Positions 50,129 through 60,038 of a stretch of DNA of 64,000 bases are shown piece by piece; within the stretch, counting starts at the first letter, position 1, and every line of letters begins with the position of its first letter. The translations under genes were made by a program, and so were the position numbers. This DNA comes from Succinivibrionaceae bacterium (GTDB lineage Bacteria > Pseudomonadota > Gammaproteobacteria > Enterobacterales > Succinivibrionaceae). The stretch lies in assembly GCA_017480795.1 (NCBI GenBank), contig JAFURY010000049.1, positions 2 through 64,001 of the forward strand, read 5' to 3'. The notes below the pieces were generated by a model. The model did no database searches and had not been told where the DNA came from. It saw nothing but the letters and a program-made list of their open reading frames with translations.

Positions 50129-51226
50129 TCAACTGTTCAGGAGGGACAGGGCGATCTGCGGCTGCTGGTTCGCCTGGCTCAGCACGGTGGTGGCTCCCTG
50201 CTGAAGAATGTTGTACATGGTCTGCTTTGCCGTCTCGCAGGCGAAATCGCAGTCTCTGATCCGGCTTCTTGCGTCGGAGACGTTTTCTATGACGTTCTCC
50301 TGATTGCTGATGGCCGACTCCAGACGGTTTTCAACGGATCCCATTTCCGCGCGGTGACTGTCGATGGTCCTGACAAAGCTGTCGCAGATCTCGATGGCTT
50401 TCTGCGAGGCGGCGGCGGTGGACACGTCCAGAGTCAGAAGACCGTCGTTGCCGATGCACATCCCCGTCTGATGACTGGTGGAGAAATCGGTGTTCGCATC
50501 GATGGCCGGCTCCACCAGAAACGCCGGATTGTCGATGTCAACCGCCGAGCAGTAAAGCCCGTTCATGTCAAAGCCCAGCAGCGCTTTGGTAGGAAAGGTG
50601 TTCCCGCATCCGGCGTTGCAGTACACCTTGTCGTAGTGAATGCCCAGGGTGAAATCGATGGTATGGCCCGCATAGGCGCCGGCCTGAATGGTTTTGCGCT
50701 TTTCCGTGTGGGAGGGATCCCGGCAGGAGACGTTGGGATCGCTGGGATGGCTGTTGCTCATGGGCATGATCTTCCTGGTGGCGGGAAAATACTTGTATTC
50801 CTGCTCGCCGTCGAGAATCGGCTCGCCGCCCCAGGTGGTCTGCTTGGCGATGCGGTTAACCTCCTGGGACAGCTGCTGCACCTCCTGCTGCAGAGCCAGC
50901 CGTTCGTCCTGGGAGTTGGCGCCGTTGGCCGACTGCACCGCAAGAGTCCGCATCCGCTGGATCATGTTTGTGACCTCGTCCAGGGCGCCTTCGGCCACCT
51001 GAAGCAGAGAAATTCCGTCAAGACAGTTGCGGTTGCCCTGGGTAAGACCGTTGATCTGCGCCATCATGCGATCTGAAATCTGCAGTCCGGCGGCATCGTC
51101 CTTTGCGCTGTTGATCCTCAGTCCCGAGGACAGCTTCTGATAGGCGCCGTCCAAATTCCGCGTGGCGGAGGCCAGACGGCCCTGTCCCCAGATGGAGGCG
51201 ACGTTGGTGTTTACATAAAGAGCCAT
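50129..51226 (-). CDS. Flagellin-family protein (isolated, cysteine-containing)
   Basis: Canonical D0/D1 ends: MALYVNTNVASI...LSSGLRINSAKDDAAGLQISDRM and ...ILQQGATTVLSQANQQPQIALSLLNS. About ten Cys across the middle and C-terminal D1. GGGGA lies upstream of the ATG. Confidence 0.8.
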   Translation of the reverse strand: MALYVNTNVASIWGQGRLASATRNLDGAYQKLSSGLRINSAKDDAAGLQISDRMMAQINGLTQGNRNCLDGISLLQVAEGALDEVTNMIQRMRTLAVQSANGANSQDERLALQQEVQQLSQEVNRIAKQTTWGGEPILDGEQEYKYFPATRKIMPMSNSHPSDPNVSCRDPSHTEKRKTIQAGAYAGHTIDFTLGIHYDKVYCNAGCGNTFPTKALLGFDMNGLYCSAVDIDNPAFLVEPAIDANTDFSTSHQTGMCIGNDGLLTLDVSTAAASQKAIEICDSFVRTIDSHRAEMGSVENRLESAISNQENVIENVSDARSRIRDCDFACETAKQTMYNILQQGATTVLSQANQQPQIALSLLNS

Positions 51227-51479
51227 ATGTTTCCCCGTGATATCCGCGCGCCTGAGGCGCTGACAAAACCTCCTTCCGGTACGGACAAATCCGGAAAATT
51301 TCGTTTCAGAGAAATACTAGCAATATCAGTGCCAAAGAACAGAAATACAGATATGTCAGTCCCGCGCAGCAGCAGACAGACATCAGATCAGATCGTATCC
51401 GGCATGGCGCGCGCAAGCGGCTTCCGGCGCGCCGGCGCCGGATGTTGAGGAAGAAAGCAGACGGGAGCCGCTGATGATT

Positions 51480-52706
51480 TCAGCGGTCGGAATCGGCGCC
51501 GCAGGCGCTTTCCAGGCGCCGGGCGCGGCGGACGTACATGCGGGAGAGCACGAAGGATGCCAGCGCAAGAAACGCGCAGACAAAGATAGTGTAGGCGAAG
51601 GGAAGCGCGTCGCCGGTTTCGAAGGAGTTGAGAGCAAAGCCGGCCAGCGCGCCGCCGGCGAAGCGGAGAAAACCCATGGCGCCGGATGCGGTGGCGGCCT
51701 TGTCCTTGTAGATGCCCAGAATGTAGGCGGTGGAATTGGAGCCCACGATGCCCACCACGCAGATGAACATCACCACCGGGATCACGATGGAGAACACGCT
51801 TTCAAACCGCGCGTGGGCGCTGACCACCAGCAGCGCCGATCCAGCGAAGCTGAAGATCAGCGCCCCCAGCATCACTTTAAGCGGGCTTGATCGTCTCACC
51901 AGAAAGGTGTTGAAGGAGGTGCCGACGACTATGGACACGATATTGGCGGCGAAAAGCAGACCGTACATGGACTCGCTTATGCCGTAAAGGCTCATGTAGA
52001 CATAGGGGGATCCGGCGATGAAGGCGAACATGCCGGCGCCGTTGGCCATCTGGGCGAAAATGACGCCGAAGGATTTGGCGCTGGAGAGAATGCTGCGGTA
52101 GTTGCTCAGGATCTCAATGGGTCTGATGGACTGCCGGTTGCTTTCGTCCAGCGTCTCCTTGAGACCCAGTCTTACCACGCCCATAAGGCACAGGGCGTAA
52201 ATGGAAAGGATCACGAAAACCAGCCGCCAGCCAAGAGGCGCGATAAGACCGCCCAGGGTCGGCGCCACCAGAGGCGCGATATTGATGGTGAGCATGGTCA
52301 CCGTCACCGCCCTGACAAATTCCAGACCGTCGAACATGTCCCGCATGATGGCGTTGATCACCACCACTCCGGCGGAGGCGCCCAGGGACTGCAGCAGGCG
52401 CAGACCGAAAAAGAGCCGGAAGTCGTCCGCCCAGATGGCGGCGAAGGAGGCGACGAAAAAAATGAAAGAGCCGACGAGAATGATTTTCCGTCGTCCGAAG
52501 GCGTCCGCCAGGGGGCCGTAAATCACCTGTCCGAAGGCCATGCCCAGAAAGAAGATGCTGACGGTGGTCTGCATGGTGGGAACGCTGGTGGCAAGATCGG
52601 AGGCGATTTTTGGAATCGACGGCAGATACATGTCGGTGGACAGAGGTCCCAGGGCGCAGATCATGCACAGGATGGCCAGCACCCGCGCGAAATTGGCTTT
52701 TTGCAT
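51480..52706 (-). CDS. Bcr/CflA-family MFS drug efflux transporter
   Basis: 12-TM MFS with LGPLSTDMYLPSIP and GPLADAFGRRK motifs. Confidence 0.8.
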   Translation of the reverse strand: MQKANFARVLAILCMICALGPLSTDMYLPSIPKIASDLATSVPTMQTTVSIFFLGMAFGQVIYGPLADAFGRRKIILVGSFIFFVASFAAIWADDFRLFFGLRLLQSLGASAGVVVINAIMRDMFDGLEFVRAVTVTMLTINIAPLVAPTLGGLIAPLGWRLVFVILSIYALCLMGVVRLGLKETLDESNRQSIRPIEILSNYRSILSSAKSFGVIFAQMANGAGMFAFIAGSPYVYMSLYGISESMYGLLFAANIVSIVVGTSFNTFLVRRSSPLKVMLGALIFSFAGSALLVVSAHARFESVFSIVIPVVMFICVVGIVGSNSTAYILGIYKDKAATASGAMGFLRFAGGALAGFALNSFETGDALPFAYTIFVCAFLALASFVLSRMYVRRARRLESACGADSDR

Positions 52707-52776
52707 ATGGTTCTCGATCCGGGAGGAAAAATCCCGGGAAACAGTCTAAAATTCAGGCCCAAACGCCGCAGAGCCG

Positions 52777-54156
52777 TCAGTTCTGGTAGCGCTTGTTGGG
52801 ACTCTGCTCATCCAGCAGCTTCAGATCGGCCAGCTTCCTGGCGATTTTGGCCTCGATGCCCCGCTGGGTTGGATGATAAAGCTCGCTTCCGGCAAGCTTT
52901 TCCGGGAAGTAGCATTCCCCGGCCGCATAGGCTCCCGGCTCGTCATGGGCGTAGCGGTAGCCCTGGTGGTAGCCGAGATTTTCCATCAGCCTGGTGGGAG
53001 CGTTTCTCAGATGAAGCGGCACATCCAGATCCCCTGTGGCCGCCGCCAGCTCCTGAGCCTTGTGCCAGGCGGTGTAGACGGCGTTGCTTTTCGGCGCGGC
53101 TGCAAGATAGACGATGGCCTGGGCTATGGCCCGCTCCCCCTCGGCGGCGCCGATACGCTCGAAGCAGTCCCAGGCGTTGAGGGCCACCCGCATGCCGTTG
53201 GGATCGGCGTTGCCCACGTCCTCGGAGGCGATGGCCAGGAGGCGTCTGGCCACGTAAAGGGGATCGCCGCCGCCTGCGAGGATCCGGGCATACCAGTAAA
53301 GGGCGGCATCGGGAGCCGACCCCCGGATGGATTTGTGAAGGGCCGAGATGCAGTTGTAGTAGTTCTCCCCCTTCTTGTCGTAGTTTGCGGCCCGGGCTCC
53401 CAGCACCTCTCCCAAAAGGCGGCCATCGATGATCACGCGCTCGTCCTGTCTTGGAGCGCAGTCGATGAGCGCCTCAAGAAAATTAAGAACCCGCCGGCCG
53501 TCTCCCGATGCGTGATCCGCAAGAGCATCGAGACTGCCGTCAGCAAATTCCACTCTGAGCTTTTTGAGGATCTCGTCGGTTTCAAGGGCGCGGGCTACTA
53601 TTTTCTTCAGCGCGTCGGCGCCCAGGGGTCTGAGCACATACACCCGCAGCCGGGAAAGCAGCGCGTTGTTGAGTTCGAAGGAAGGATTTTCGGTGGTGGC
53701 GCCGATGAAGCAGATGGTGCCGTCCTCGATATGCGGCAGAAAGGCATCCTGCTGGGTTTTGTTGAAGCGGTGAACCTCGTCCACAAACAGCACGGTCTTG
53801 CGCCCCGCCAGCCGGTTGTTCCGGGCCTCCTCCACCGCCTCCCGGATGTCCTTGATGCCGGAGGTCACGGCGGAAAGTTTCTTCACCCGGGCATGGGCGC
53901 CTTTTGCCATGATTTCGGCCAGGGTGGTCTTGCCGGTGCCCGGAGGCCCCCAGAAGACCAGTGACTGGCAGAGCCCGGCGTCTATGATCCGTCTCAAAGC
54001 CCGTCCCGGACCGGTGATGTGCTCCTGGCCGATGTAGTCGTCAAGGCGCGACGGCCGCATTCTTGCGGCAAGAGGCGTGAATTCCGCTTCGGACACCTCA
54101 GACGATCCGCCGCCTGCCGGCTCCCGTCCGTCCTGTTCCATGGAGAAAAGATCCAT
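52777..54156 (-). CDS. rarA: Replication-associated recombination protein A
   Basis: [19 protein letters not shown], Walker [21 protein letters not shown], MgsA C-terminal domain. Confidence 0.95.
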   Translation of the reverse strand: MDLFSMEQDGREPAGGGSSEVSEAEFTPLAARMRPSRLDDYIGQEHITGPGRALRRIIDAGLCQSLVFWGPPGTGKTTLAEIMAKGAHARVKKLSAVTSGIKDIREAVEEARNNRLAGRKTVLFVDEVHRFNKTQQDAFLPHIEDGTICFIGATTENPSFELNNALLSRLRVYVLRPLGADALKKIVARALETDEILKKLRVEFADGSLDALADHASGDGRRVLNFLEALIDCAPRQDERVIIDGRLLGEVLGARAANYDKKGENYYNCISALHKSIRGSAPDAALYWYARILAGGGDPLYVARRLLAIASEDVGNADPNGMRVALNAWDCFERIGAAEGERAIAQAIVYLAAAPKSNAVYTAWHKAQELAAATGDLDVPLHLRNAPTRLMENLGYHQGYRYAHDEPGAYAAGECYFPEKLAGSELYHPTQRGIEAKIARKLADLKLLDEQSPNKRYQN

Positions 54157-54789
54157 TTAGCGTCTGTCGTCCACCGCGGCGCCGTTAGGCATGAGAAACA
54201 CGAATTCCACCGACGGAATGGTGCGGATGAACTGGCGGTCGCTGAGCTCGTAAACCACTTTCTGCCCGTTCTGATCCTTCATTTCGGCGCCAGTGAGTCC
54301 CTGATCGTCAAAGGACAGGAAATACTCCGCGCCCTGGCCGTCGCCTGAGGGCTCCTTTTCCTTCAGATGAAAGACGCCCTTGCCGGCTCTGGTGATACTG
54401 TAGCGATCAAGACTTCCTGCGTCATGCTCCAGCACAATCCAGAAGGGGGATGCGCGGCTGATGGAATCCATGCCGTAGATGGTTACCTGATCCACGGCCT
54501 CCTCGTAGTGGTAGATGTCGCGTCCGTTGCAGGTCAGCAGGCTTTTCTCCGGTTTCTGGGTGTCGATGTAGAAGGATGAGGTATCGGAGTTCAGTTTGAA
54601 GCTGCCTGAGGATTTTTCCAGTTCCAGCCCGTCCTCGTCGTACACGCGCTGCACGAAGGAGGCGGTGATGCCATGCAGCCGGGACACTCTGTCCCCAAGC
54701 TCCTGGGCCGGAGTCTTCCCCAGGGCCGGACAGGAGGCAAGTCCGGCAAGAAGCGCCGCCAAGGCGCATATTTTTCCTGAAACGCTCAT
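54157..54789 (-). CDS. lolA: Outer-membrane lipoprotein carrier LolA
   Basis: Signal peptide, then L..R......ASF.Q. C-terminus F.F..P.G..VDD.R. Conserved ftsK-lolA-rarA order. Its stop directly abuts the rarA ATG. Confidence 0.8.
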   Translation of the reverse strand: MSVSGKICALAALLAGLASCPALGKTPAQELGDRVSRLHGITASFVQRVYDEDGLELEKSSGSFKLNSDTSSFYIDTQKPEKSLLTCNGRDIYHYEEAVDQVTIYGMDSISRASPFWIVLEHDAGSLDRYSITRAGKGVFHLKEKEPSGDGQGAEYFLSFDDQGLTGAEMKDQNGQKVVYELSDRQFIRTIPSVEFVFLMPNGAAVDDRR

Positions 54790-54896
54790 TTAAATCTCCT
54801 GTGTCCAGTCAGTACTCTTTTCATCAGCGCTCTTTTCAAACGCCGTTCACGCGCAAAATTTTTTCCGCATAAAAGCCTTCGCGGTCAAAAGTCAGG

Positions 54897-57800
54897 CTAC
54901 AAATTCGCCAGATAGCTTTCGTCCACCAGCACCTTGCGCTTGCCGGCGGCGTTCTGCGGCTGGGAAATGCATCCGGCCTGCTCCAGCTCGAACAGGAGCT
55001 TGGCCGCCCGCGGGTAGCCCACGCCCATGCGGGTCTGCAGCACCGAGGTGGAGGCGCGGCCGGTTTCGATGATCACCCTGACGGCGGTGGCGAAATCGTC
55101 GTCCCGCTTGCTGGCGGCCTCCAGATCCTCGGCGATCTTCGGCTTCTCGCTTGGAAGCGCGTTTTCCTCGGTGACCTCGTCGTCAAGGATCTTGTCCACG
55201 TACTCAGGGGCGCCCTGGGATTTCCAGAAACCCACAATGCGGTCGATCTCCTCCGGTGTCACATACGCGCCGTGGATACGGGCGATGTCCCGGGCTCCGG
55301 TAGGATTGAACAGCATGTCGCCGTTGCCCAGCAGCGTTTCGGCGCCCATCTGCTCAAGGATAATGCGGGACTCCGTGCCGTTGGCCACGGTGAAGGCCAG
55401 GCGGGACGGAATGTTGCTCTTGATGAGACCGGTGAGAACGTCTGCGCGTGGAGACTGTGTGGCGATGATCATGTGAATGCCGGCGGCGCGGGCCTTCTGG
55501 GCCAGACGGGCGATAAGCTCCTCCACCTTCTTTCCGATCTGCATCATCATGTCGGCCAGCTCGTCGATGACCAGCACGATGTAAGGAAGCTTGCCCAGAT
55601 ACGGACGCTTGTCCGACAGCTGCCCGGTGCGCTCCCACAGCGGATCCGGAATCGGCTTGCCGGCGTCGATGGCCTCCAGCACCTTGGCGTTGTAGCCGTC
55701 GAAGTTCTTCACGTTGATCTTGCTCATGATCTTGTAGCGGCGCTCCATTTCCCCCACGCACCAGCGGATGGCGCAGGTGGCGTCCTTCATGTCGGTGACC
55801 ACCGGCGTCAGCAGGTGCGGAATGCCGTCGTAGGATGAGAATTCCAGCATTTTCGGATCGATGAGGATCATGCGCAGATCGTCGGGAGATGACTTGTAGA
55901 GCATGGAGAGGATCATGCCGTTGACGCCCACGGACTTGCCGGAGCCGGTGGTGCCCGCCACCAGAAGATGAGGCATTTTGGCAAGATTCATGGCCTGCGG
56001 CTTGCCGATGACGCTGCAGCCCAGACCGCATGTCAGCTTGTGAGGACTGTCGCGGAAGCCCTGGCTGTCGATAAGTTCTCTGAAGTACACGGTCTGACGC
56101 TTCGGATTCGGTATCTCGAGACCGATGTAGGTGGTGCCCGGGATCACGTCCACCACGCGCACCGACTGCACCGCCAGCACCCGGGCCAGATCGGCGCTGA
56201 TGTTCTTGATCCTCGACACCTTGGTGCCGGCCGACGGCTCCACGGCGAAACGCGTGATGACAGGACCCACCTCGTAGCCCTGAACCTTGACCTCGATGCG
56301 GTACTCCCTGAGCTTGTCCTCGATTCTCACGCTCATGGCCGCAATCTCCTGGGAGGAGATCAGAGAAGGCTTCGGCGGCACAGGGTTGAGCAGATCGATG
56401 GACGGCAGACGGTTCGGGTCGTAGCGGCCCCTGAGGGAGGCCAGCAGCTGAGGGGTAACCTCCTGATGCAGCGAGGTGAAATAATCGTCGATGTTTTCGC
56501 CGTTTTCAACGTTTTCGACGATTTCGACGCCGGAGACGTCATCGTCCTCAGCGGATTCTGACAGATCAAGCGCCGCTGCGTCGGTAACCGGCAGCGGCCT
56601 GACAGCGGCCGGAGCGGCGCCTGTCGGCGGAAGACTGCCGGCGTCAAACTCCTCGTAATCGTCGTCCAGCACGGATTTCTGTCCCGGAGGCAGAAAATCA
56701 GGAATGTCGTCAAAACCCGTGTCTCCGGCGCCGGAAGAAGGCTCGTCGGAATCGGCGAAATCGTGAGCGCCGAAATTGCTGGAGGTCTGGTAGGAGGAGC
56801 AATCCCTTTCCTCATCATCCTCGCCTGATGTTCTCATGGCGGAAAGATCCACCGCCACCCCGGAATATGCGGAGGAAACGCCTCCGGCCTCGCCCGCCCC
56901 GTCATCAGGATCCGTCGCCGGATAAGCGATCCCGGAAGCGGCAGATGGGAAAGATGCGCCGGCGACGGTTTCGGCGTCGCCAGGGGCTGCAGAGCCGGCC
57001 TCCGCGCTCCGGGCGAAGTCGGACGATCCGGATTCGGAGCTCAAACCTGAGCCGAAGGCCCGACATGAGACAGACGCCCCGGAAGAATCCGACGCGGAGG
57101 ACGCATCGGTCCAAACCTCGACAGAGCCGTCGGATCCGCCGTATGCCGTATCGGAATCATCGGAGGACATCAGCGAGGAGATATCTCCAAGAGGCACATC
57201 CCGGTATTCCAGATCGTCCCGGCCTGCTGACTTTGAAGAAGCCGAGGCGGCAGGCGCGGATGAGGAAGATGCGTCCATGGAACCCACAGGCGCAGAAAAA
57301 CTTGAGACAGGCGCGCCGGATGCGGCCCTGACGGAAGCCTCCTCCGCCGCATGGGCGGTGGCGCCCCACGGAATGTCCGGAACCGGCTCGCGCTTCGCAT
57401 CATCCGCCATCCCTGGAGCCTCGGATGCGCTTTCGGCCGCTTTTCTTTCGGCAGCTCTCCTTTCCGCCACGTCGGACTTCAGCTGCGGATCGTCGTCGTC
57501 GTCATAGGATGAGCCCACATATCGGATCTCGTCGTCGTCCCGCAGATAAATGGAAAAGCCGGTGGCCTCGTCAAACACCGTGGCCTGCCCCGCTTCGTTT
57601 TCCTCCTCAAGTTCGTCCTCGATGCTGCGGCGGCTTTCGGCGTTGGCGGCCAGCTGCATTTCAGCCTTCCGCCGCTGGCTGTAGGAACGATGGAACGCCA
57701 GCGCGAAAAACAGTTCGCCGGTGGCGTCGCAGAGAGACAGCAGAGACACGCCGGTAAAAAGGGGAACGCTGCAGAGCATCATGGCAAGAAACAGCAGAGA

Positions 57801-58340
57801 GGTTCCCATCTCGCCGAACCAGCTGATGAAAAAGGCCGCCAGAAGATTTCCGATGATGCCGCCGGAAAGAAAATCCCCGTGAACAATGTTCATGCTCATC
57901 AGGCACAGCAGCGACAGCGCCAGACAGATGTAGCCGATGATCCTCAGGCCCACGGTGAAGAAATCCACCTCGAAAACGCTGTAGCGTTTTACAAACAGGC
58001 AGAAGCCCAGATAAATCAGCGTCAGAGGAACGATGAAGGCGCCGTAGCCGAACAGAAACAGCAGCAGATCGGAAACCAGGGCGCCGGCGGAGCCCATAAG
58101 ATTGGCCACGGCGTCGCCTGTGGCGGTCTGAGACCAGCCCGGATCCGCCGAATCGTGGGAGCAGATGGCCAGAAACAGGAAAACCGAGAACAGCACCATG
58201 ATAATGAACACGGACTCCAGAACTCTTCTGGGACCGCTCAGCTTTTCACCGTTGTTTAGATCCGATACGTAGCTCAGCATGCCGTAACATCCATAAAAAA
58301 CAAAAAGCGCCGCGCTGACCGGATCGGAGGCGTATTCCAT
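54897..58340 (-). CDS. ftsK: DNA translocase FtsK
   Basis: N-terminal 4-TM domain, ~500-aa low-complexity linker, C-terminal motor (VAGTTGSGKS, VLVIDELADMM) and gamma winged helix. The start is uncertain: 58340, or ATG 58280, which aligns better with E. coli. Confidence 0.93.
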   Translation of the reverse strand: MEYASDPVSAALFVFYGCYGMLSYVSDLNNGEKLSGPRRVLESVFIIMVLFSVFLFLAICSHDSADPGWSQTATGDAVANLMGSAGALVSDLLLFLFGYGAFIVPLTLIYLGFCLFVKRYSVFEVDFFTVGLRIIGYICLALSLLCLMSMNIVHGDFLSGGIIGNLLAAFFISWFGEMGTSLLFLAMMLCSVPLFTGVSLLSLCDATGELFFALAFHRSYSQRRKAEMQLAANAESRRSIEDELEEENEAGQATVFDEATGFSIYLRDDDEIRYVGSSYDDDDDPQLKSDVAERRAAERKAAESASEAPGMADDAKREPVPDIPWGATAHAAEEASVRAASGAPVSSFSAPVGSMDASSSSAPAASASSKSAGRDDLEYRDVPLGDISSLMSSDDSDTAYGGSDGSVEVWTDASSASDSSGASVSCRAFGSGLSSESGSSDFARSAEAGSAAPGDAETVAGASFPSAASGIAYPATDPDDGAGEAGGVSSAYSGVAVDLSAMRTSGEDDEERDCSSYQTSSNFGAHDFADSDEPSSGAGDTGFDDIPDFLPPGQKSVLDDDYEEFDAGSLPPTGAAPAAVRPLPVTDAAALDLSESAEDDDVSGVEIVENVENGENIDDYFTSLHQEVTPQLLASLRGRYDPNRLPSIDLLNPVPPKPSLISSQEIAAMSVRIEDKLREYRIEVKVQGYEVGPVITRFAVEPSAGTKVSRIKNISADLARVLAVQSVRVVDVIPGTTYIGLEIPNPKRQTVYFRELIDSQGFRDSPHKLTCGLGCSVIGKPQAMNLAKMPHLLVAGTTGSGKSVGVNGMILSMLYKSSPDDLRMILIDPKMLEFSSYDGIPHLLTPVVTDMKDATCAIRWCVGEMERRYKIMSKINVKNFDGYNAKVLEAIDAGKPIPDPLWERTGQLSDKRPYLGKLPYIVLVIDELADMMMQIGKKVEELIARLAQKARAAGIHMIIATQSPRADVLTGLIKSNIPSRLAFTVANGTESRIILEQMGAETLLGNGDMLFNPTGARDIARIHGAYVTPEEIDRIVGFWKSQGAPEYVDKILDDEVTEENALPSEKPKIAEDLEAASKRDDDFATAVRVIIETGRASTSVLQTRMGVGYPRAAKLLFELEQAGCISQPQNAAGKRKVLVDESYLANL

Positions 58341-58409
58341 GGCGTGAAAAGCAGCCCATGGCAGGAAGGCATCCGCAGGAATTCCGGGTCGACAGGCGCC
58401 GCAGCCTTG

Positions 58410-58449
58410 AAAACAAAAAAACAGCTTTGACAGACGCTGTCAAAGGCTG
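58410..58449 (-). terminator. Intrinsic terminator between infA and ftsK
   Basis: The minus strand reads CAGCCTTTGACAG-cgt-CTGTCAAAGCTG followed by TTTTTTTGTTTT. That is a 12-bp stem with one bulge and a long U tract. Confidence 0.6.
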
Positions 58450-58475
58450 AAAAGAAACCCTATTTGACGCGTTCA

Positions 58476-58504
58476 ATACTACCGCAAAGGTGCTGAAAAT
58501 TCAA
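58476..58504 (-). promoter_or_regulatory. Putative sigma70 promoter just upstream of the 58410-58449 terminator
   Basis: Minus strand: TTGAAT (58504-58499), a 17-nt spacer, then TAGTAT (58481-58476). Found by eye only. Confidence 0.3.
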
Positions 58505-58766
58505 GAATCAAGCGGGTTTGTCCCATATTCCGGAGGGGAACGCAACGCAGCTTCGGCAGCAGGAAACAGGCTTCGGGACGAAGCCGAAAAGAAAGACTCT
58601 GCGGGCAGACGCGAGAATTCCGGTTCATGAGGAAATTTTCGCATCCGCTGGCGCGCTCCGGCCGGGATCCCGCATGTGCCCTGGCGCGCAAGCGTCAGGC
58701 GGGACAGGCCGGAAAAACGGGGGAAACTAAAACCGTCCAGAAAACCGCAGGATCACCCCCGGGCTT

Positions 58767-58808
58767 GAGACAAAAGAAACACTGCCGGAAGATGTTCAAA
58801 CCTTCCGG
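58767..58808 (-). terminator. Probable infA terminator
   Basis: Minus strand: CCGGAAG-gtttgaacat-CTTCCGG followed by the T-rich CAGTGTTTCTTTTGTCTC, about 30 nt after the infA stop. Confidence 0.45.
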
Positions 58809-58839
58809 CCGGCGGGATGAAACTGCGAGGAGTCGGGGA

Positions 58840-59058
58840 TCAGCGGGCTCTGAAGACGATGCGACCCTTGCTGAGATCGTAAGGCGTGAGCTGAACGGTA
58901 ACCTTGTCGCCGGTGAGAATGCGGATGTAGTTCTTTCTCATTTTGCCGGAAATGTGAGCAACAATCTCGTGACCGTTGTCCAGCTGAACTCTGAATGTGG
59001 TATTGGGCAGGGTTTCGATAATGGTTCCCTGCATTTCTATACTGTCTTCCTTGGACAT
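58840..59058 (-). CDS. infA: Translation initiation factor IF-1
   Basis: [70 protein letters not shown] is near-identical to E. coli IF1 as I remember it. Start moved to ATG 59058. Confidence 0.97.
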   Translation of the reverse strand: MSKEDSIEMQGTIIETLPNTTFRVQLDNGHEIVAHISGKMRKNYIRILTGDKVTVQLTPYDLSKGRIVFRAR

Positions 59059-59270
59059 AAAACCTCGTAGCAAAAAAAGTTAAGCAATTTTGCCAAAAAA
59101 CTTTTTCTTTGTAAAGAAAATTAGAATTCGCCCGACTCCGCCCAAAGCGCCATGAAAAGCCGCGTAAGGCAATAGCGCCCCCGGGGAGAAACCAAAGCGC
59201 CGGGGCCAAGGCTCCGACGGGCGCGGATTTCCCGGCGAAGCTCCGGGGCGAAAGGATCAGACCGACGGTA

Positions 59271-60038
59271 TCAGACCGGAGCAAACAGCGTCAGGAGCCG
59301 GTCAAGGAAGTCCTCCCGGGACAGAGCGGGATCGGGATAGATCTGCCGCATCCGGAGAAAACCCTCAGGGATCTGCCTCCGGACGTTCTCATTGAGAATT
59401 TTCCGGTAGATACGGTTTGCGATAACCTCGCAGCCCAGGGACCGGGTATGGGGGTTGATGATCTGGGAATCGAAGCACTCCATGCCGAACAGCCGGCACT
59501 GCAGCATCATCATGTGGAAGGCGAGCTTGGAGACGTTGGTCTCAAGACTGAACATGGATTCGCCGGCGAAAAGACGGCCCAGGGCAAGACCGTAAAGTCC
59601 TCCCACCAGCCGATCGTCCCGGTCGCAGACCTCCACGGAGACGTAGTTGGGCATGGACGGATAGATCCGGACGAAATCGTCGTTGATCCAGGTATCCTCC
59701 TCCCGGCCGTGAACCTCCATGCAGGCCCGGATGACATCCCGGGGGCGGCGGTTGATCCAGACCGTGTACGCATCAAGACTTCTGCGCATGAACTTCATCA
59801 TGGAGCGGCTCGGACGGATCCTTTCCGGGAAAAACACCGCCCTTTCGTCGGGATACATCCAGATCACGCTTTCGGGATCCTCGGTAAGAGCCATGGGGAA
59901 AACCCCATGGCTGTAGGCGTATTCCAGCCACGGCCTCGAGATGACGGCGCTTGGAGTGAAGATCCCCCGCAAGGGCGTCTTTTCAAGCAGCTCCGGACGG
60001 ATGTAATTCTCAGGTCCGTCAGACCGTTCTTCCGCCAA
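59271..60038 (-). CDS. aat: Leucyl/phenylalanyl-tRNA--protein transferase
   Basis: AYSHGVFPM, PDERAVFFPE..RPSRSMMKF, GESMFS motifs. Conserved infA-aat adjacency. Apparent TTG start at 60038 with no nearby in-frame ATG. Overlaps the trxB 3' end by 20 nt. Confidence 0.8.
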   Translation of the reverse strand: MAEERSDGPENYIRPELLEKTPLRGIFTPSAVISRPWLEYAYSHGVFPMALTEDPESVIWMYPDERAVFFPERIRPSRSMMKFMRRSLDAYTVWINRRPRDVIRACMEVHGREEDTWINDDFVRIYPSMPNYVSVEVCDRDDRLVGGLYGLALGRLFAGESMFSLETNVSKLAFHMMMLQCRLFGMECFDSQIINPHTRSLGCEVIANRIYRKILNENVRRQIPEGFLRMRQIYPDPALSREDFLDRLLTLFAPV

